A stretch of 64,000 nt of DNA from Thermodesulfobacteriota bacterium (lineage in GTDB: Bacteria; Desulfobacterota_D; UBA1144; Nemesobacterales; Nemesobacteraceae): positions 480,001 through 544,000 of the forward strand of contig OZ241855.1 in NCBI GenBank assembly GCA_965202785.1, read 5' to 3'. The position numbers and the translations under genes are program-made. The notes under the pieces are model-generated. The model did no database searches, was not told the origin of the DNA, and saw only the letters and a program-made list of their open reading frames with translations. Positions 58,693 through 64,000 of the stretch are shown in pieces. Each line of letters opens with the position of its first letter. Position 1 is the stretch's first letter.

Positions 58693-61600
58693 AGAAGATG
58701 TTGAATGATGTGGTAGAAATAAATGAGCATTTCAAAAGATCGGTCAATATAAAGAGCGATCTTTCGAATAAGGAACTACTTGAAGGCTACATCTGCCCTA
58801 AATCTTCTGAAGAAGCCCTAATGGGGCTTGTAAAACACATTAAAGGGACTGGGCAGTCTTCATTTACATGGACAGGGCCCTACGGTTCTGGCAAATCAAG
58901 CCTCGTTCTTTTGCTTTCTTCCATAATTTCCCGAGATAACTCATTACGAGAAATCGCATATTCCCATCTTTCTGAAGAAGCCCGTCAACATATTTGCGGC
59001 TTCTTTGAACAAAGAGATTGGGAAATTCTTCCAGTGATCGGCGAACCTGCCAGTCCACTAAAAACTATCGGCCATTCCATGGCTATGAATGGATTCTGCA
59101 AGACGCCTCCTGACGATAATCAAACGCTTATTTCAATCATCGAAAATACCGCAGATAAAAAAAACGGTGTTACCATTTTTATTGATGAAATGGGGAAATT
59201 TTTAGAGAGTTTCTCTAATGGTCAACCTGCCACTGATATCTATCTATTCCAACAGCTAGCGGAACTAGCAAATTCCAGTGACGGTAGAATTATCCTAATT
59301 GGTATACTTCACCAATCATTCAATGAATATGCGCGCAATCTTTCACGGATTACACGTGATGAATGGACAAAAATACAAGGCCGTTTTGTTGACTATCGTA
59401 TTAATACGGTCGGCGAAGAACAGCTTGAATTAATTTCTAAAGCTATTGTTTCCAAAAGAAAGCCAAAACGCCTTACTGTCGAATCGAAAGAGACTGCCGC
59501 CGTAATTAAAAAGAACCGTCCCATTAATGAAAAATCTTTTTCGCAAACTTTAAATGCATGTTGGCCTTTGCATCCAGTCGTCGCCACGTTGTTAGGTCCA
59601 ATTTCTAAGCGTCGCTTTGGCCAGAACCAACGTAGTATTTTTTCCTTTCTGAATTCAGCCGAACTTGGTGGATTCAAAGAATTTCTAAATTCTACAAAGA
59701 CTAAAAGAACTTCCTATTACTACCCAGATTATTATTGGAACTACATACAGATCAATCTGGAATCGTCAATTATTGCATCATCGGATGCTAAACTGTGGGC
59801 TCTAGCAAACGATTCCCTGGCTAGGTGCGAAGCATCTGGTGGGAGTGAAGAACATTTACGCTTGTTAAAAACTATAGCTGTTATTGATATTTTTAAAGGG
59901 CATTCCGGTCTTGCAGCTTCTCGGGAATTACTCAAAACATGTGGTTTCAAAAAGGACTTTCCCGCTTTACTTAAAGACCTAAAAAAATGGTCACTAGTGC
60001 GATTCAAAAAATACAATGGATTCTTTTCTATTTTTGAAGGGAGTGATTTTGATTTAGAAGCAGCTATTGATGAGGCCCTAAAGAATGTAGATTACTTCAG
60101 TTTTGCAAAACTAGCGGAAATAGCACCGTTTAAGCCTTTTGTTGCAAAAAGGCATTACCACACCACAGGTGCATTACGATGGATGAATGTTAACATTCTG
60201 CCAGTTGACGAAGTAGAGGACCTTCCAGCAAAAACAAGAGAAGTATCTGGAGTCTTTGGTGGTTTTTTCATTATCGTACCAACAAACATAGATGAATACG
60301 AACATATTTCTAAACAAATTAAAAGCCTCTCAAGTCACCTATCTAAGAACAAAAACTATGTGGTAGTGTGTGGTATCTCCAAAGAATACGAAACTATATT
60401 ATCTTACAGTAAAGAATTGCTTGCGCTGGAATGGATAGAGAAAAACCGCAATGAAATGCTGGACGGCGACTCGGTCGCCCGCAGGGAGGTAGAATCTAGA
60501 AAGACCTTGATAAAATCATTGCTGGAAGAATTGCTCTCGAAACAAATCAGCACTATTTCTTGGATTAAAAATGGAGAAAATAAGGGAGTTCTTTCCCATC
60601 GGGAAATCATAGGTCTTGTTTCCGATATTGCTGACCAAGTTTTTAAAAACACCCCCATTGTAAAAAGCGAGATGTTAAACCGTGATCGACCATCTAGCAA
60701 TGCGAATGCTGCTTTAAATGCATTGTTACGCAGCTTGATCCTCAATAATGGTGAAAAAAGGCTGGGTATTAATGGCTATCCACCAGAAGGTGGTCTTTTT
60801 AAGGCTTTACTGGAAGACTCTGGTCTGTACAAGAAAATTAATGGTACTTGGCTGTTACAAGAACCGGAAGCCGGGCATAGGTTTAGATTTAATCTACTAT
60901 GGCAGGAAACTGACAGAATTCTATCCAGCAACAAAAACTCTGTTCCTATAAAGAGCATCTACAGTGCATGGCAAACAGCTCCATATGGTCTAAAATCAGG
61001 GCTGTTACCATTTTTTGCGACAGTTTATTTAATGACACGACATAATAAGATAGCTCTTTACCTAAATGAAACATACAGGCCATCTTTCGATGATCTATCC
61101 CTCGATTACCTGATAAAAACGCCTCAAACTGTTTCCTTGCGCTGGGTTGATTATGACGAGTTGGATCTTGAAGTCCTAAGAGCGGTCAGAAAATCCATTA
61201 ATGCAATAGAACTAAACAACTTTTTAATTGATAAGAACGCCTCCGCATTCGATGTAGCACGGTCATTGGTTTCGCTAGTAGATAGCCTGAATCCTTGGGT
61301 ACATAGAACGCGGCGACTTTCAAGAGAAACCATCCGCTTCAGGGAAATAGTTAAGTCGGCGCATGATCCTAACAAACTTCTGTTTGATGATCTACCAAGT
61401 TTGCTAGATACTGATTCAGCAAAGATTCAAGATACTAACGAATTACAGAATGTGGCGGAAAAGATTACCAATTCTCTTGTCGAGTTGACGGAGGCGTACC
61501 CTTATCTCCTGAAGGAATTCGGATTGTTACTCTCAGAAGAATTACAGGTTGGTATGATAACATCGGAAAACATCAAACGTCTCAGAGAAAGGGCGCAATC

Positions 61601-62084
61601 TATTCGAGGAGCTACAGGTGATTTTCGTATTGATGCATTAGCGACTCGTCTTAGCTCTTTTGACGGAACACTAGATGATATAGCAGGTATAGCAAGCCTT
61701 GCTGCTAATAAGCCTATAAAAGACTGGATTGATCTGGATGTTGACCGTGCAAAACAGGAAATGGTTTCTCTCTGTTACGGTTTTAAAAAAGCTGAATTAC
61801 TAGTCCGTGTTCAAGGGAGAAAGACAAATAGACATTCTTTAGCACTGATAACGGCCCTGTCGGGTAACGAAGAAATTTACGATTTGGAATTTGATCTGCT
61901 TGATGACAAAAAAGAAACTATTTTCACACTGAAAGAACTAATCCAGCAGGAAATTCTTGCTAAACCCGTGGATGCAGAAATTGTAATTGCTGTCATTGTG
62001 GAACTAGCTGCCGAGTATATTAAGGAAATTAAAGAACGACCAAATAGACCACTAGCAAATAAAAAAATAGCTTCAAATGTCTGA
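58689..62084 (+). CDS. sspC: Large P-loop ATPase (SspC/BrxC-like)
   Basis: FKRSVNI, Walker A GPYGSGKS, Walker B IFIDEMGKFLE, EWTKIQGRF, WPLHP, QNQRSIFSFL, PYGLKSG. Confidence 0.8.
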   Translation: MKKMLNDVVEINEHFKRSVNIKSDLSNKELLEGYICPKSSEEALMGLVKHIKGTGQSSFTWTGPYGSGKSSLVLLLSSIISRDNSLREIAYSHLSEEARQHICGFFEQRDWEILPVIGEPASPLKTIGHSMAMNGFCKTPPDDNQTLISIIENTADKKNGVTIFIDEMGKFLESFSNGQPATDIYLFQQLAELANSSDGRIILIGILHQSFNEYARNLSRITRDEWTKIQGRFVDYRINTVGEEQLELISKAIVSKRKPKRLTVESKETAAVIKKNRPINEKSFSQTLNACWPLHPVVATLLGPISKRRFGQNQRSIFSFLNSAELGGFKEFLNSTKTKRTSYYYPDYYWNYIQINLESSIIASSDAKLWALANDSLARCEASGGSEEHLRLLKTIAVIDIFKGHSGLAASRELLKTCGFKKDFPALLKDLKKWSLVRFKKYNGFFSIFEGSDFDLEAAIDEALKNVDYFSFAKLAEIAPFKPFVAKRHYHTTGALRWMNVNILPVDEVEDLPAKTREVSGVFGGFFIIVPTNIDEYEHISKQIKSLSSHLSKNKNYVVVCGISKEYETILSYSKELLALEWIEKNRNEMLDGDSVARREVESRKTLIKSLLEELLSKQISTISWIKNGENKGVLSHREIIGLVSDIADQVFKNTPIVKSEMLNRDRPSSNANAALNALLRSLILNNGEKRLGINGYPPEGGLFKALLEDSGLYKKINGTWLLQEPEAGHRFRFNLLWQETDRILSSNKNSVPIKSIYSAWQTAPYGLKSGLLPFFATVYLMTRHNKIALYLNETYRPSFDDLSLDYLIKTPQTVSLRWVDYDELDLEVLRAVRKSINAIELNNFLIDKNASAFDVARSLVSLVDSLNPWVHRTRRLSRETIRFREIVKSAHDPNKLLFDDLPSLLDTDSAKIQDTNELQNVAEKITNSLVELTEAYPYLLKEFGLLLSEELQVGMITSENIKRLRERAQSIRGATGDFRIDALATRLSSFDGTLDDIAGIASLAANKPIKDWIDLDVDRAKQEMVSLCYGFKKAELLVRVQGRKTNRHSLALITALSGNEEIYDLEFDLLDDKKETIFTLKELIQQEILAKPVDAEIVIAVIVELAAEYIKEIKERPNRPLANKKIASNV

Positions 62085-62910
62085 TAAAGAGAAACACGTT
62101 TTAGGACTCTCTGGAGGAAGGGACAGTGCTGCGCTCGCTGTTTATATGAGAGACAATTACCCAGAGTTGCCTATTGATTATTTTTTCACAGATACAGGAA
62201 AAGAGCTTCCTGAAGTATATGAATATCTAAGCCGTCTGGAAGGTTATCTTGGCAAACAAATTTTAAGAATAAACCCGGATAGAGATTTTGATTTCTGGCT
62301 CATGCAAAATAAAAACTTCCTGCCTTCGCCTAAGGCAAGATGGTGTACTATCCAAATGAAACTACGTCCATTTGAACAATGGATAAAACCATTGCTTGAG
62401 GATGGCTACAAAATCTACTCCTATGTTGCAATCCGGTCAGATGAAGAATATCGAGAGGGTTATCAATCTCGCCATAATAACCTAATTGTGCGGTTACCAT
62501 TAAAAGATGTTGGTATAGACAAATCTGGCGTCGTCGCTATTCTAGAACATTCGGGACTAGGCATGCCAAAATATTATGAGTGGCGTTCCCGCAGTGGCTG
62601 TACTTTTTGTTTTTTCCAGAGAAAAATTGAATGGGTAAATCTCATGGAAAAACACCCTGAAGCTTTCAAAGAAGCAAAAGCATATGAGAAAACTGCTGTA
62701 GAACAAGGTTCTCCATTTACTTGGTCAGAGCAAGAATCCCTTGAAGAATTATCTCGACCAGAAAGAGTAGCACAGATCAAAAAAGACTACGAGAAGCGCT
62801 TAGAACGTCTGAAAAAGCGACGGTTAAAAAACCCATTGCGGGAAAATGACCCGGTGGATTTTGACGAACTGTATGGCAAATCAAAAGTATGCCTAGCCTG
62901 CCATAAGTGA
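62077..62910 (+). CDS. sspD: PAPS-reductase-family PP-loop protein (SspD/DndC-like)
   Basis: LSGGRDS, DTGKELPE, RWCT, RSGCTFCFFQ, C-terminal CLACHK; overlaps the ATPase stop. Confidence 0.82.
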   Translation: MSDKEKHVLGLSGGRDSAALAVYMRDNYPELPIDYFFTDTGKELPEVYEYLSRLEGYLGKQILRINPDRDFDFWLMQNKNFLPSPKARWCTIQMKLRPFEQWIKPLLEDGYKIYSYVAIRSDEEYREGYQSRHNNLIVRLPLKDVGIDKSGVVAILEHSGLGMPKYYEWRSRSGCTFCFFQRKIEWVNLMEKHPEAFKEAKAYEKTAVEQGSPFTWSEQESLEELSRPERVAQIKKDYEKRLERLKKRRLKNPLRENDPVDFDELYGKSKVCLACHK

Positions 62911-63052
62911 TTTCTTACGTTGAAAGCAGTAACCGCTGTAGTATTTCTACAAATACTATATAGCCCCCAATTGCATGTGATTCACTTATGCAATAATGGT
63001 ATCCCTGTTTTCTCTTAGGTAAGCGAGAAAACTTAAAAATTTGTTTAGATGT

Positions 63053-64000
63053 TCATACCTCCAGTGCCGTAACTAGTTCCTGCATGTCAAAGTTCAGCAG
63101 AAACTGAGCATAAAATGTCCCAAACAAATCAGATATGTACTCTGGTATAGATTTCTGCTCATCTTCGCCTTGCTGTAAACTGTATTTACGGTTTTTTGTG
63201 ATGGTATAAAGAACCAGGGTGTGAAAATATACAGCCGAGACATAGCGCTTTTCGGCAATGTCGATGGCACTTTCTCCAGTAAGTTTTGATCGATGTGATA
63301 AAAGCACCTTGCTGTCCATATTGATATAAACAGTCTTTAGTGAATCTTCTTCTTCAAGAAGTTGCACGATAATATCATGGTTCATCTCAATACCATTCTG
63401 CTCTAATTTATCCCATGTTATTTTACCACGGTCTTGATCTCGGTAGACCATAACAAATTCTGGCAACCCTAGCCGAGTGTCTGGCTCTTCTCCTTTCTTT
63501 GGTTTCTTGGGAGTTTTTTCCGGTTCTGAAATTTTGACTAAGAAAATCTGCTCAAGTTTTCCTTCAGGACTTGATAACGACGCACGAACTGTAACCGCAT
63601 CACCAACTTTCACTTCATCTGTGGGATTTAATAAAACACGAATTGTTCCGTTGCGCGGGCTAGACTTGACAACATCAAATATAGTATCAAGAGCTTTGGG
63701 TTCGCCAGGGGAATCTCCACCTCCTGTATTGTTTGGAGAAAAGTTCATTAGTCCAATTTGGAGATCTCCTGGATCACTTATACGATCGAAATATTGATCC
63801 TCTACATCGGTTGAAAATCTGATTGTTTTTTTGCCACCAAGAGGGATTTGCACCATAGGAGGCCCTTCCTCGTCCCGCAGTTTCACATCAATATTAAAGT
63901 AGCTTGGATACCTATTAGGATTAAACGTATTCTTTTTATCCGATTCCTTATCCCGAGTTTTGCGTCCCTTGTCTCTTTTTTGACCTTCTCGTCGATCGTT
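63053..64000 (-). CDS. C-terminal part of a hypothetical protein (5' end outside the window)
   Basis: The frame stays open from 63886 to base 64000 (NDRREGQKRDK...FNPNRYPSYFNID), so the called start is not real. Confidence 0.8.
   Translation of the reverse strand, partial: NDRREGQKRDKGRKTRDKESDKKNTFNPNRYPSYFNIDVKLRDEEGPPMVQIPLGGKKTIRFSTDVEDQYFDRISDPGDLQIGLMNFSPNNTGGGDSPGEPKALDTIFDVVKSSPRNGTIRVLLNPTDEVKVGDAVTVRASLSSPEGKLEQIFLVKISEPEKTPKKPKKGEEPDTRLGLPEFVMVYRDQDRGKITWDKLEQNGIEMNHDIIVQLLEEEDSLKTVYINMDSKVLLSHRSKLTGESAIDIAEKRYVSAVYFHTLVLYTITKNRKYSLQQGEDEQKSIPEYISDLFGTFYAQFLLNFDMQELVTALEV

Larger units (their letters stand above)
56400..64000. mobile_element. AT-rich horizontally acquired defence island (continues beyond the window)
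   Basis: Abrupt shift to AT-rich sequence after the CoA ligase; defence-type gene content; no integrase visible in the window. Confidence 0.7.

Noticed and set aside
62077-62910. Second cysH for sulfate assimilation
   Set aside because: Lacks the ECG(L/I)H tail, has an SGGxDS PP-loop and is coupled to DUF4007/ATPase genes. The true cysH is at 938..1666.
57757-62910. BREX type 4 call
   Set aside because: No pglZ or brxL in view and the PAPS-reductase protein is short and unfused. The SspABCD arrangement fits better.

Overview
A 64 kb piece of a GC-moderate Gram-negative (diderm) bacterial chromosome. Gene order and content are Desulfobacterota/'deltaproteobacteria'-like: serA-hisZ-purA, tRNA-Val-thrS-infC-rpmI-rplT, mfd-surA and a long S41 protease. 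A Ca. Dadabacteria-like organism is my unverified guess. Most of the window is housekeeping: sulfate uptake/APS reductase, suf, a split nuoJKL, leuB, gcvTHP, purA/purC, tatC, phoH. Four accessory segments stand out. (1) 14.1-17.9 kb: two tandem paralogous acetoacetate-decarboxylase-fold genes, an orphan plasmid-partition-type DNA-binding protein and a divergent AmiS/UreI channel, with near-identical promoter layouts and no amidase or urease nearby. This is a candidate undescribed catabolic module. (2) Two lipoprotein proteases: a double-trypsin protein with a C11 tract in its 5' coding region, and a metzincin preceded by a strongly structured leader. (3) A GC-rich islet with a truncated sterol-desaturase gene. 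(4) From about 56.4 kb to the end, an AT-rich defence island carrying an SspABCD-like DNA phosphorothioation module. Its divergent promoter region holds two CTGGA-N7-TCCAG palindromes, and an unrecognised convergent gene sits where an SspE/SspFGH effector would be expected. No CRISPR array, rRNA, integrase or transposase was seen. All family calls come from motif recognition, not database searches.
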